The notes under the pieces were generated by a model that saw nothing but the letters and a program-made list of their open reading frames with translations, ran no database searches and was not told the origin of the DNA. A stretch of DNA of 63,856 nucleotides, counting the filler, from Sluysia triapertura (taxonomy: Eukaryota), in assembly GCA_046118255.1 (NCBI GenBank). It is 4 parts of 4 records of this genome, joined end to end, with 100 filler letters (N's around TTAATTAATTAA, not from the genome) between each part and the next. Parts side by side here need not be neighbours in the genome. Positions count along the whole stretch, not along the records: positions 1 to 14,784 come from JBJNIA010248868.1; 3 more parts are not named here. One strand, 5' to 3'. The position numbers and the translations under genes were made by a program. Below are positions 1 to 13,138 of the stretch, piece after piece. The first letter of the stretch is position 1, and each line of letters begins with the position of its first letter.

Positions 1-33
<33 letters not shown>

Positions 34-700
34 TTATGAACAAATAAAAAACTTAATTGATCCAATACAAACAATTTAAAGAAATATAATAACAGTTTAA
101 TAATATAGTGACAAAAGTTTAAAGGACTTACTCTCTTAGTACTTAAAACGTTAGTATTTTGCGGTCTAGGAAAATAAAAATGATTTTAAGTAGATTTTAT
201 TTTCTTATTCCAAATAATTTTACTTGTTTTTTGGTATCTACATCATGAATTCTAAAAACATTTAATTATCTCTTGCTAATTCTTGTCTGTTTACTAAAAA
301 TTCTTCTACTCTTTAAATAATATTCTCTGCATCCATCTTGATTGTTGAAAACTATATTTTAATTATTTTAAATAAACAAAATTATTTTTTTTCCTTTATC
401 TTAATAATTTAAAATAAAATTATGATTTTCTTATTGCTTTAAAATAAATTATTCTTACTCTTTTAAAATGAATTAAATTAAATTTTATAAATTTAAAAAT
501 TTATGATTTATATTCTGATTTTAATTTTTAAATTTAATATTTTAAGTCTTAATATTTATTTAATGTAGTAAATATAAGGAATTTAAAAAGATAAAAAAAA
601 ATACAATTTTTATAACAAAATTAATTATAATTACATGTTATAATTATAATTACCTAAAATAATATCAAATTGTAAGTCAAACTCAACATTGTTATAATTT

Positions 701-738
<38 letters not shown>

Positions 739-869
739 GTTGTTGTTGTTGTTGTTGTTAGTATTACTTCATTATTATTTCATATTTATACTATTAATAT
801 TTAAAGTAATAGTAAGATTATTTTTAGAACCATTATTATTGTGGACCATTAGGTACTAATAAATATTAC

Positions 870-1740
870 TTGAAGTATGAAAGTACTCATCTCATGATCT
901 ACATTTGGGCAATCCCATTATTTATATTTAAAAGAAACATAGAAAACTATAAAATGAAGGACATATTGATACGAGGTGATAGACAGAATATTAGAAGCAT
1001 CGTTGGAGTAAGAATCATTAAGATGAAATCATCTAAAATAATGTTAACAGCTGTAGATTATCTTGGAGTTCCAAAGACTTGTGTTGAGACTTCATGGAGG
1101 CTTGAGATGGATTTGAAAAATCTTTAAAGACATTAGGTTCTCTTTAAACTTCTGAACCTTTATATCGACCATTAAGTAATCTTGAAACTTTGATAAGCAT
1201 TTAAGATTTTTTATTAACCTTATTAAGGAGTTGAAATCTTTAATATATTCGAGAAATAAAATCATTGTTACTAATATTTAAGATAAATTTAAGTAGTAAT
1301 TAACATAAAGAGAGAAAAAGGAATAATAGTGGTGTCGGTGTACGTGTCTAGAACCTTCTATGTACCGCATAAAATAGTAAACCTTTAAAAATAAAATAAG
1401 ATAAAGTCTAAAAGTAGATTGACTAATTAAAATCTTAATTAACTTAATTAAGAAAAAGTGAGTAACGTTTGAATGCGGAATGCTATGCAAAATGAACTTT
1501 GTATGGATTTGTTTAAAGAACACCTTTCAATTAAGACAGTAGTTTATGCAAGAAAAGCTTTAATGTTAAGCAAAGTCAAATTTTAATTATTTCTTAATTA
1601 TGAAATTTTTCATATTTAGAATAATAAAATGATAATGAATTACATGTGAGATGGTTGGTCTAAAAGAGGAGAATCTAGAGATAAGTTTGAAATGTCTGTA
1701 GAGAAAAAGAACTTTAAACATTTTGGAAAATAAAAGAAGT
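870..1740 (-). repeat. Dispersed repeat R1, copy 1 (decayed coding-like)
   Basis: Shares CTTGGAGTTCCAAAGAC with 14597. Its reverse complement aligns by eye with 28170-28620 and 55900-56500 (e.g. GCATTCCxxATTCAAAxGTTA...AAGTTAATTAA). Confidence 0.75.
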
Positions 1741-3313
1741 ATTTTGTCAGATTAAATTTTATTCAAAAAATAGTGTATAAGCTCATAAAAAAAACCTAAG
1801 CAGAATAAAATGAAACCGTCAGATTTTTCTTTTTTTATTAAGAAGATTAAATATTAAAGTGTGTTGCACAAGTTGGAGGTCTATTATCAAAGCGTTTTGT
1901 TAAGTTGTTATCTATTGTATTTTATAGTGTAAATATATTTTAAAGTGTAAATATATTTTATAGTGTAAATTGTATTTTATATGTAAATATACATATTAAT
2001 TGCAATTATAAATTTTATTTTAAAATAAAAGCAATTTTCGCATTATGAAGTTAATTTTGAAAATAATAAAAATTTTAATAAATAAATAAATAATTTTGGA
2101 AACGTATAAATTTATATTAGAATTATGTAATAATTTATATTTAATTTTTAATTGTTTGGAAATTAAATTTATATTTAAATTATTAGAATTTAATTTTTTT
2201 AATTTTACTAAAATAACTGTTTAAATCTAGACCTTCAAGGTTAAAGTTATATTATAAATAGCTAAGCATTTACAGCAATTGACACACTTAAAGGTATTTA
2301 AAGTTACACTTCAAATTATATTATAAAAATTTAATCAAGTGAATCGGATTTGATTCTTCTGACAAATTTGACTCTATTCAAAGGAGATTTTTGTAATATG
2401 TATTTCTAACGATCGTTAGTTTTACTTCATATAAGTTTCGAAATATTCTAAATAGTTTTAGTAAAATTTAGGAAAAATCTTTTTACTAATTTTGGTAGCT
2501 AACGATTAACTAAGATAACTTAATAAAATCATTTATTTAAAATCTAAAAAAGTAAAAGATTATTATTAAAATAATATAAATAAATTATTTCATAACTTAC
2601 TATATTGACATAAATTTTGTATTTGTTTTATTAATATATCAAATTGTACAAATTTTAGTAATAATAAATCTTCGTATTTGGAATATTTTTAATAAAGTTT
2701 TAAAAAAGATAAAAATTGTTTTCTCAAAGTTTCCTATAAGATGAAACCTCAGTAAATTCTTGATAATATATTTAATAGGTTCTATTTAATAAAGAACCTT
2801 TATAAAATCGCTTATACCTTCAGTAAATTATATATTGTAAGTTGATAATAAAGTTAAAACAAGCGAATAAAAACATTAGGTCACATTTCATTATTTAAGA
2901 AAACAATAAGTGAAATAACAAATATATCTCTTCAAATCCAGACAACTTATTATTGACTTCCATTAAATTTATATACTAAATTTCTTTAAAAATCCAACGG
3001 TGTAACCATAACCTGGATACATAATTTTATTCTGTAAGGTTAAATAATCTTTGAAAAGGAAAATCCATCAGTTTTATAACCTTGTTAAGTACGAATATTA
3101 ATGGGGAATTCTAATACTAATATTTAAGTAAAGTTTATGTAATTTAAATGTCATACAATTAATTTATATGGATATTTATCAGGATTCTAATATTAATATT
3201 TACGATTATATTAGATTAGTAATTAAATGTATTTTATACGATTGATAACGTAAAAATCAATTATTTTTTCTTTGATTTTATATTATTGGTATAAAAAATG
3301 GATAGATTAATAT

Positions 3314-3523
3314 TTATATTGGTGGTAAAAACCAGCTTTTTGACATTTTGACATTCTCTGGTAACTGGTTGTATATTTTTGAGACATAAATAGTATACAA
3401 CCTATCACCTAGTTTCTTATCACTGTTAATTCTGTATAGATTATTATTATGTCTCAATGAAATATTCGTCATAGTTTCCAATTTTCGTATTATTTCTAAA
3501 AGATATTCAGGACTTCCGTAATG
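3314..3523 (-). mobile_element. 3' fragment of an L2/CR1-group LINE ORF2
   Basis: HYGSPEYLLEII..ISLRHNNNLYRINSDKKLGDRLYTIYVSKIYNQLPENVK matches the PxYL..LR..GxRxF..WNxLP C-terminal pattern of L2/CR1-like LINEs. Confidence 0.6.
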
Positions 3524-6424
3524 TAAGCTGTAGGGAAATCACACAAAATTCATCACACTTCACCACATAAAAACTCTTCACATGTACACCGATTTTTAAA
3601 CAAATTACTAAACTCATTCAAAAAACAAACATAATTATCGCACATAGTTAACTTGAACTACAGCTGTTATTATTACATTTCAAATCGTATTAAACTATAT
3701 GTAATAATTATAGTCATTGTTGTTATATAATATGAATATCAAATAATAAATTTCACAATAAATTTCATACCAACATCAACAATTCAGCATTAATAAACGT
3801 AATAACCACGTTATTGTTATCAATATCATTTCTTTTATCCTTATTATCAGTCTTTTTTACTCTTCTGCTTCTCTCATTTTTACATAATAAGTAATGCTCA
3901 ATCAGAAAGACCTCAAATTGTCAAAAGAATGTATCAAAAAAAAGCAAACGATGCGCCAATAAAATCATTGACACTGAGTAATAGCATATAAAAACGATTA
4001 TTAGAAAGTTTTCTTAGTACAAGAAGATTCGGCAACATTGATAGAATCATTTCTAAAAATCGAACAGCTTCAATTATCAGAAGATTCATTATCAAAAGAA
4101 TCGACGATTAAACGTTCAATAATTATAGGTATTACGGAAATTATTGTTTGTTTGTTTGCTAGTGCCAAGTTTCACGATAACATGCGATATTTATCAGAGG
4201 TTTATCAATACATACCATTTACCGACAGTATCACGGAAAATGTAACGTTTTAGAAGATAGTTGCTTTCACAATAATAGATAAAAATACTGAGACTCCGAA
4301 AAATACAGTAATTATATTTATTTAGAATGTGATAACACAATTTACTACAAATCAAATATGTACAAACTATTATATCAGTACTTTGCCTGCTTTCTTTGTT
4401 ACCCAATAATTTCTTTTTCTAAACTTTGTAAAAATAATAAAAATAATAATTATTAGAATAATTAAAAAATTGGCATAGCAAAAATAAAAATAATGAATTA
4501 AATCGATGAAGTTCTTCTAATGCTATTCCGATATGTAATATATTTGATATTTCTGCATTTCTCATTTCCATGTACATATTTTGAAGATGGATACTATATA
4601 TTCGAAAAAGGTGTTCTCAAAGTTACAATAGACAATTTATTTACCAAAACAAGCCAATTTAATGGAATACGATGGCGCGGTTTTAGAAATTTTGCTTACG
4701 TAATTACTGATACAATTGGCCCAACGTTAGAGGCACACTTTAAGGAATGTAAACATGTGCTGGGTGTTCTATACTACAGTTTCTTTGCATTTAAAAGTAT
4801 GGAAACTAATTGGAGATATGTCATAATCAGAAGCCCTTCAATAACAAAAGACACAATTAAATTGGAAAAATCGGGTTTCATCTTATCATTTGGTATTGAT
4901 TACGGTTGCCTCGTTGAATTGAATTAGATGTATATTATCAGTTAAGCGATAATCGAGGAAAATTTTCAGAAAGCTCTAAAAAATTTGTGACAATTATAGA
5001 GGCATTTTCATTGTATTGGACAGTGTTAAAAATAAATTCATACAAATGCTTGGAACATGTATTATGGGTCCAGTATTCTGCATACAGACTTCCTGTGTTG
5101 GAGAAGTTCTATCCATGTCCTTGCATAGGCAAATAAGGTTCATATAATTTGCCCTACCCTTACGATATAACTTATAACGAAAAGTACATAGTAACAATAA
5201 ACTGGAAACCAAAAAATTACGAATTACCACAACGTAGCTACGAAATAAAATATGTTAGTTATGTTTACAATAGTACCTTGGATAAAAGAAATATTAAAAC
5301 TAACAATACTTTTTACGAGTACAGAGTTGATACACTAGGTCATGTACTTGTAAATATCAAAATAGGCTACCAATTATTCGGTATGGAATATCCTCATGTT
5401 TTCACATTGGAAATGCCCACAGTAAAAGAGGAAAGCGTCGTATTTCTTGACAGTTGTTACTATCTCGTTCTTAATATTGTGTACATTGGAAATGACAAGG
5501 TCGAAATGACGATTTTCATCACCTCAGACACTAACGTGTGGATCTCTAACACGGTAATTCTTACGAGTACAATAACAAAAAGGTTCGAATTGACCTGTGG
5601 CCAAGTTACATATCCATTCTATTACGTGTACTATATCACAGTGTTGTCTCAAACACACAAGATTAGACACCATTGTGTTATTCAAAAAACACTCGGTTTG
5701 GTATAGAAAGTTATGCTGGTTCGAAATGCTTTCATTACTTCTGGGCTGAACAGAGCGATACGTGCGATCCTCATTATCGTACTTTGAAGTACATGCATAA
5801 ATTTGAAGGTAAGGACTGGGGGAATATGTATGAATCACCAAATGTTGTTGGCTTAAAAGCTATAGGTGGTATCCGATATTTTAACATGAAATTGGAATGA
5901 TTGCAAACTGACGTGTGTTACTATAATTACGTATTTAAAATTCAAGTATATACTGGTAATTTGAAAATATCTGAATGCAAAAATGGTCCAATCATACAAG
6001 ATATTGCAGTTAATATTACCAAAGATCTACAGGGTGCCTTTGTGACCTGGAGTTTGGGATCAATAATAAAAATGTGTATTATTCGGTTGAAGTTGATCAA
6101 ACAACCACGGGTACAAAAATAAAGTTCAATACTTCTAAAAAAAATAGAAACGGAAATGTCCTTTGTAGTACCGATAGTTTTATATTTGACTTCGTTTATA
6201 TCCGTTCTTTACTTGTTATATTTAATTTTAATAAAATAGCACACTTTGTTACTGTTTTAAATTCGTTAATTTTTACAGGCCTTAAGCCTATTTCGTTGAT
6301 AATCTTAAAATTAAAGTTAAATTGTTTTTGCTTAATTAATGTTTTAATTTTTCTTAATAAAAGATTTAAAAACAATAAAAATGTTAATAATTTGTTTAAT
6401 TTAAATTGTTTATCGCCCTCAACA

Positions 6425-8373
6425 CGCATATTTGATATGTGGGACAAATCCACTAACATTGGCTGCATCATCCATGTTGGGAAATCAATTTATTTTAAAT
6501 ATTTCTTTTAAATCGGTCGATAAATTATTCAGATGATTTACAATAACAATATCGGTTACTTCACATTTTTGGAGCCAGTGGAACTGTTCAAAGATTTTAT
6601 TAATATGTTTCTGACATAATTCAATATTGGTAATGAAACTAAATATCTTCGCTTTTGTATAGACAAGAGTTTTATTTGTTCCTTGATTGTTAATAAATTG
6701 TTAATAGATGCTTCATTTCTGGTTTGTCGCTTAAAAAATCAATAGAGTATCAAACAGTTCCATAAATCTTTTCAAGCAGTTTCCATTAGATAGCTACCTT
6801 ACTTCAGTATGAAGTAAAAACCTCACATGGTCTTCATTTTGTTCTTCACAAAGGAGCTTGAAAAGACGTTAACATTTGGCACTAGCTTTAATAACATTAA
6901 CACATTTTATTACAGAATGTGGTACTTTTTAGAACAGGCGAGATGTTTTTAGCTACCACATTTTGCATCTTTCATCAGTTTTAAGCAGCCATTTTTCTTG
7001 CCCATCATATTAATAAGTTATTTAGCTTATTAAATATATCTTTGGAAGTAGTAGTGTTTTCTAATCTTTTACAGAACAACATTTCTTCTGCTAAATGACC
7101 TTTATCAATATATCTTATGTAAATTATCAATAGTGCCTTACTATCTCTCAAAGTTGATTCATCCATTTGCACTGAAAATTTTCTTGTTTGCAGCTTTTCA
7201 ACAATATCTTCACTCATTTCGTCTATTTGTCTTCTAACTGTATTTTTACTGAGTGGCATAGCTTTTACATCTTGGTCATATTTTTCAAGAACCGTTTTAA
7301 GAAATGCTGATATTATTAAATTCTCTCCTGTAGTGTGATTTTTTCCAGTTTTAGCGATGAATAAAGAAATTTGATAACTAGCCTCAGGAACATGATTATT
7401 GGTTGAGTATGGGCAGTAAATAGCGACTTTATTGTTTTTCTTTTTCCAAGTTTTTCTTCAATGTTTTAAAGTAACTCAAATCTGAATTAATATGAGCACT
7501 ATGTTTCGCCTTCAAATGCGCCTCAGGACGATCTCGTTTCATTGATTCGTTACTCAAGCATTGTTGGCATAAAAAACAAAAAGGAATCTGCTCATCGTGA
7601 ACAGCAGGTATGAATCCAAATTTTAAATATTCCTCCGAATATTGACGAGTTTTTTCTTGCTTGCAATACTTATTTTACTATGGGCTATAAGAAATAAAAA
7701 TAAAATCAATAAAAAATAATATTAAAATGTGTTAAAATTAATTCACTGTGTCATAGAGCAAACGTATACTAAAAATGCATATTTATTTAAATGTATATAA
7801 CACATTTACTGCATTGTCACCGCAAATCAAAAGGTACCTATATTTTTTCTATTTGAAAAAATTCTCTGCAAAGGTATGCTTCTAAAATTTAAATAAATAA
7901 AAATATTTACCAATAATATCTATATATTAAATATGTGTATTTATAAAAACGAGCTTCTACTACAGTTTTGACGGAAACTTATTTCAGATTAATACCAACA
8001 GAATGATGTGAAACACTACAGGTGTTGCGATAGGCCAACTAGGTGCGGACAACTACGTTGTTTAGCAAATTTCTTGACTGGCCGTGGTTTCGCCTCCCTC
8101 TGGGAAGACTGCACATTCCGCGGTGAATCCCGGACCAAGTTTATTCAACGACGCCAATCACCCAGTTGATATTTTGGTCTTGTCAAACGAAATTATATCT
8201 GATAATTATTTAAGAATTTGCTTTTTTATTAAATGTGGCACCGATATCTAGCATTGCACTTGAATGGCCCAGAGCGAAAGGGTTAAAGTTGTGTCGAGTC
8301 CATTTTCAAATCGTCCCCCTGCATGGCGCCCGCGGCCCCTTGTAGGGCGTGGGCCCCACGTTGGAAAACACTG
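6425..8373 (-). mobile_element. Decayed hAT transposon (Buster/Charlie type), 3'-truncated
   Basis: Terminal CAGTGTTTTCCAAC at 8373 (minus). BED-like RQYSEEYLKFGFI..CFLC..LSNESMK..HLKAKH; PLSKNTVRRQIDEMS..FSVQMDEST; LLHTEVR*LS. Many stops and frameshifts. Confidence 0.92.
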
Positions 8374-8389
8374 AATTAGATTGATATTA

Positions 8390-9238
8390 GGATATATATA
8401 CTAGTTATCAGCAATTGAAAATTAATCGAAAATTTTAGAATGTTCTAGAATTTTATTTCTTCTTATTTTCTTTTATGGAAATTAATAATGTTAAATGATT
8501 TGTGTTTAGAAATTTGATGATTTAAGGAGGCTGTGATGACAAAAATTTAAAATCGATTTTAACGCTAGCACTAAACTAGCGGAAACAAGTTAACAATTTT
8601 GGTTTTGATCTTAATCCTTGTGTTAAATAAGAGAAACTTACAAACTAAAACTTATAGATTTTATGTGAATGGATTTGAAATCGAATGTGGTTTCTGAAGT
8701 TATTTTCGAAGTACGATCGCACAGTATAAAAAAATTATCTGATTAAGTCAGCAACATTTGTCAAAATAACGCATTGTAATTCCACGTTTGCCTTAACATT
8801 TGAAGAATTTTCCTAATTTTTTTGAGGTTTTAGCTTTTGTAGTTCTTTATGTATCTGTTCACATCTATTTACACTCCACTCATTTAATTGTTTAAATTAT
8901 TAATTCAATTAATTATTTATTTTTAATTATATACATTAATGCATTCATTAATGTATTTATCATTTTATTAATTAAATTGCATTCATTTATTGATATATTT
9001 ATTTTTTAATTATTATTATTTTTATTATGCTTTAATTCTTTAAATTTTAATAAACTTTTAAACATTACGTTAGACTGTCATCACAATCCTCTAAGATCAT
9101 TTAGAAAATCGCTATTTTCTACAAAGAAATAAAATAAAAATATAAAATAATATAAAAAAATAAAAAGAATTTTATACCATGTTAGAAAATTCTAGAATTC
9201 CATTTGTTTTTGATTGACGGCTGGCTAATATATATTTT
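8390..9238. mobile_element. Foldback/MITE-like element with ~150-bp imperfect inverted arms
   Basis: Left arm about 8390-8541 (ends GAGGCTGTGATGACA) is an imperfect reverse complement of right arm about 9076-9238 (TGTCATCACAATCCTC...TTCTAGAA...CTAATATATA). The interior is non-coding. Confidence 0.6.
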
Positions 9239-9455
9239 CAGCTGAATCATAATGAAAAATTATACAGTTATAATCCAGTCATACGAAAATTATACATTCT
9301 CAATATAGTGTTGCAATCATTCTGTTTGTCCAAAAAATTCATTAATTTTTCGTTGGAGACAACAATATTTACCAAGGAGTGATATTTCACAATCGTTTGT
9401 TAAAATAAGCAGATTAATTCAATCCAACTTCAGATTTTAATTTCTATGTTATTGG

Positions 9456-10538
9456 TGCGAGGATTACTTTGAAGGCGAGTCGACCTAATAGAGACGGTTT
9501 ATATCTGACCGAAGGCGGTCTATTAGGATTTTAAATATAATTGAAAAAATTATACTTATCTAATAAGAGTGCAATCCTTCTCTTAATCGCTTAGCTACCA
9601 AACCGTGAATTAAACTTAGACTGTCACGTTAAACTCAAACGATCACATTAAACTAGCCAAATTATGGTCTAGTTGGATTAGCAATTAAGCTAACCGAATA
9701 TGGTCTAGCAAACTCAAAATAGATTTTATAGAAATTACACTTTAAACTAGCCTTAGTAAGGTCTAGTTAAATCTCTTACTGATTTTAGATATTAATATTA
9801 ATAAATACAAAAATGCCTTAAACTCTAAAAATTTATTATAGACAAAATTTACAAGAATGTCTTTAACTGACAACCAACAATAAAAATTACAATACGTATA
9901 ATGAATTTAAATATCACTTAAGATAACAAATTAACTTAGCAATATTTTAAAGATTTTAGAAAATAAATTAAGCAAGCCAAATTATGGTCTTGCAAAGAAT
10001 AACTGATAGATATTTAACTTTCCTATTATGGTAAAGTACAGTCTTATAAATAAACGAATTACTTGAATCGTATTATTCCAAAAATTATTGTCTTCGGATT
10101 TTAATCTTCTGATATTTTATTCTCTTACGCTTGTAATCAAATTTTATTCTTCTGCGCTTGTGTCGTTTACTAAATTTCCTTGGCTTATATAATAAATTTA
10201 TACCCACCATCTTTGTTTATTTATTTCGTGGATTCATTTAAACAAAATTAACAAAATTATTTCATTTAAACAAATTCTAGTTTTATTTAATTTTAATATT
10301 TTTTAATTAGCATTTTAATATTTGATTTTAATATTTAATTTTAATGTTTTTTAATTAGTATTTTATTATAATATTTATAATATTTAATAAAAATAGAAAA
10401 AATAAAAATAATTATAAACAATTGTTTATCAAATAATTACAAATAAAATAAACATAGAATTGTTTTTATTATATTATCATCACGTTTTACTATATTCATA
10501 TCATCAATAAATATCATCAAATTGTTTTCACTCTCACA
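9456..10538 (-). mobile_element. 3' LTR (~1.08 kb) of a Ty3/Gypsy-like element
   Basis: Termini TG(C)GAG...CTCACA. On the minus strand it is directly preceded by a purine tract GCGCGGGGAGTA (10541-10552) and a GATTTG-AGGA-CAAATC hairpin. A homologous inverted copy lies at 29434-29720. Confidence 0.7.
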
Positions 10539-10599
10539 AATACTCCCCGCGCAGGGAAGATTTGTCCTCAAATCGTAAATTGTAATAATAATAATAATT

Positions 10600-11874
10600 C
10601 ATCAGAGTCTAGATCCACGGGCGAGGTATCCGGCACATAATTCATTGGTGTTGCCAATTGTGGAGATTGGGTCGAAGTGCGAAGGAGAGCTTCCATTTTC
10701 TTTTAAGCGGACGAAGAGGTGGTGAAGAGCAATTTGGGGTACGTTGTTCAAACTCCTTTGCTAATTTTACAACTTGGTTGTGTGTTTGACGAGGCTTATT
10801 TTGTATTACTTGCCGGAGTGGTTGTGGGCGTTTGCATTGCTCCGGTATTACAACTGATCTTTGAATTGCGTTCCGGATTTCATCAGATACTGATGGTTGG
10901 GAATAGGAAGAGAAGAAGAATACGGAAGAGATTTTTTAATAGAAATTTTTGAAGAATTAGGAAAAAGTGTAGGTGGGGGGTTTATTGCAGTTTGGAATGA
11001 ACACTAGATCCTTACCTCTAATCAGATCTAAAAGCTCAACTAACTCAGATGCGAGTTCTCTACATGAAAACTTAGGACAGACAGGATATAATAGTTTAAG
11101 TGTCTGTCTCGCACGAAGAAAATCATTTTCCATAGTAAAAGATATGAAGTTGTGATTAGTAAGGTTAATCACACCTCGCAGCCAACCAAAAGGCAGCTGT
11201 AAAGATTCAGTGATGAAACGGGGTTTTAGGGACACCAGAATTTTGTCCTACAGGTGGCAGAAGAAAAAGGGTTTGATGTCGTCGATGTCTTTAGCCTTCT
11301 TCAAATTTGCATCTGAAACCTGTTGTATGTTTCGCAAGAAATTCTTAATCCTACAACGGGGCCTAATATGAGCTTCAGAATGGAACTGCTTACTATAAGG
11401 TGTGCAAGCGAGGCCGGTTTATCGAAAAAATCGAGGGCGTTTTGATAGGAAATAAAAACGAGACGTTCCTCGTCATATGCTGAAAGAGGGGGAACGTGAG
11501 TGCAGGAGGTACCACTATTCCATCTACCAAGATTAGGCGTATCATCAACACAGGGATTCGGTAAAAAGGAAGGAAAGGGCGGTAGAACAAAAAGAAGATA
11601 CACTGGGTATGCCGTGATATACAATGTAGATCCTCCCTCTACGCATAATAGAAGTAGGGTACCATTAACAACAAGGGTGATTCTAGCATCACCTCGGGTC
11701 ACAGCGACATATAGAGATTCAAAATCGTCGGGGGTATTTGGTAATCCCTTCAAAGTTTGGGGCGGAATCGAACAAAAAGTAAAGGCAGCGGAAATGAAAT
11801 CTGTGTTTGCAAGGAACAGTCAGTGCGTAGTATTTTCTGATTGAACAGAGAGTGAAACGAAGTTGTGTAGACAT
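10600..11874 (-). pseudogene. Decayed intronless ORF beginning with a degenerate RING-H2 finger (cargo ORF-C)
   Basis: ATG at 11874: MSTQLR(F)TLCSIRKYYALTVPCKHRFHFRCLYFLFDSAPNFEGITK(Y)PR(R). The CxHxFHxxC core is intact and the outer Cys positions are substituted. Open fragments follow at 11301-11753, 10957-11235 and a Pro/Gln-rich tail. GC is higher than in the flanks. Confidence 0.55.
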
Positions 11875-12141
11875 AACTAGACTGAAAAGAAAGATACATA
11901 TAATAAGTTAATATTAATTAATTATAACAAAAGTTTACATATTAACTATTAGAATTATCAATACATTAGAACAAAAATATATTTTACATTAACTAAAATT
12001 AGAGATAAAACAAAATATGAGTTATTCAACACCATCTTTTTGCGGCCAAAAATGGATAGTTAACAGCCATCACATATGGCCTGCAAATCGGAGATGCCTT
12101 TACTCATACTTATATCTTATCTTAGAATTTATATTTTAAGT

Positions 12142-13135
12142 TTATACTTTAATAAAAAGGTGATTCCTATGCCTAATAAATTGATAAAACTTATGAACTT
12201 GAAAAACGCCATGTACTATTGATAAAATTAGAAGAGAATAAGTTACAACATAGTAGACGAATATAGCGTGATGAAGACTTACTACAGAATTAGTAATAGA
12301 ACTTATGTATGAATAATTTTGATGTTGTAAACTTAAATTTTTACTTGGTTTAATAGTATGGCTTGTATCTTTAATATTATACGTGGTAGTCTTAGTAGTA
12401 GTTGTAGTAATTGATGCTAAAGTGGTGATAATATCTGGTTTATCCAAAATAGGTACCCTTAAATCGCATGCTCTATATTCTGGCCAAAATCCAGTTATAT
12501 CGTGAATCTCATTGTAACGTAAAATCCAAACCTCGATAAATGCAAGATTATATTCTGGTTCTAAGAATAGATGAATACTGGTGTTGGGTATTATTAGTGC
12601 ATAATGTTGTTCTGTATCGAACAGTGCATCGAAACTTTCACTAGTAAGATTCTTTTTATTTGATTAGTAGCCTATTAATATGCTATGTTTCATTAAGGGA
12701 TTTGATATATGAACGAAGTTATTGTTCTCCCTACGCAATATCATTATGAATTTGATAATTATTGTTAGATAACTAAAAATATATGGTTTCGTTCTAATCC
12801 TGTAATTACATAGAGACTTGATTTTCGAATCCCAATTTGTCATAATTTCTAAGCGTAAAGTTATTAAATAATTGATTTTCTATAAGGCCGTCACAAGAGG
12901 CGATCCAATATTTTGTATATTTACTAACATCTGATTGATGATAACACCATTTAGTCAAACAACACTGAATAGTAATATTGGTGATAATAACAATATCACT
13001 CCGTATTTTAGGGTATTTTGTACATTGTAATGCTTTTAGTGTGATTCGCGGTTTTATTATTGTTGGTTTTGCGTCTATGTTAGTTATACAGGTTATACAT
13101 ATACATGCTAACATTATAGACTGCAGACTTGTCAT
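12142..13135 (-). pseudogene. Type I membrane glycoprotein-like ORF (cargo ORF-B) with one frameshift and one stop
   Basis: Signal-peptide-like start (MTSLQSIMLACICITCITNIDA) and a Cys-rich segment (CCLTKWCY). A frameshift near 12815 and a TAA near 12665 rejoin it to a Thr-rich stalk and a C-terminal hydrophobic helix with a short basic tail. Confidence 0.55.
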
Positions 13136-13138
13136 TTG

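Larger units (their letters stand above)
4520..9455 (+). pseudogene. Disrupted secreted/surface protein with fibronectin type III repeats, receptor-PTP-ectodomain-like; coding parts 4520-6145 and 9261-9455
   Basis: Hydrophobic N-terminus followed by FN3-like strings (VTINWKPK..YEIKY; AFVTWSLG..YYSVEV). The frame resumes after an insertion as KKN|YTVIIQSYENYTFSI and FFVGDNNIYQGVIFHNRLL..FNFYVIG, which resembles the RPTP juxtamembrane FxVGD..YxG..NxxL motif. Several stops and frameshifts are present. Confidence 0.55.

Noticed and set aside
8532-9085. TGTGATGACA...TGTCATCACA as a solo LTR
   Set aside because: The inverted symmetry extends ~150 bp outward and there is no TSD; better explained as a foldback element.
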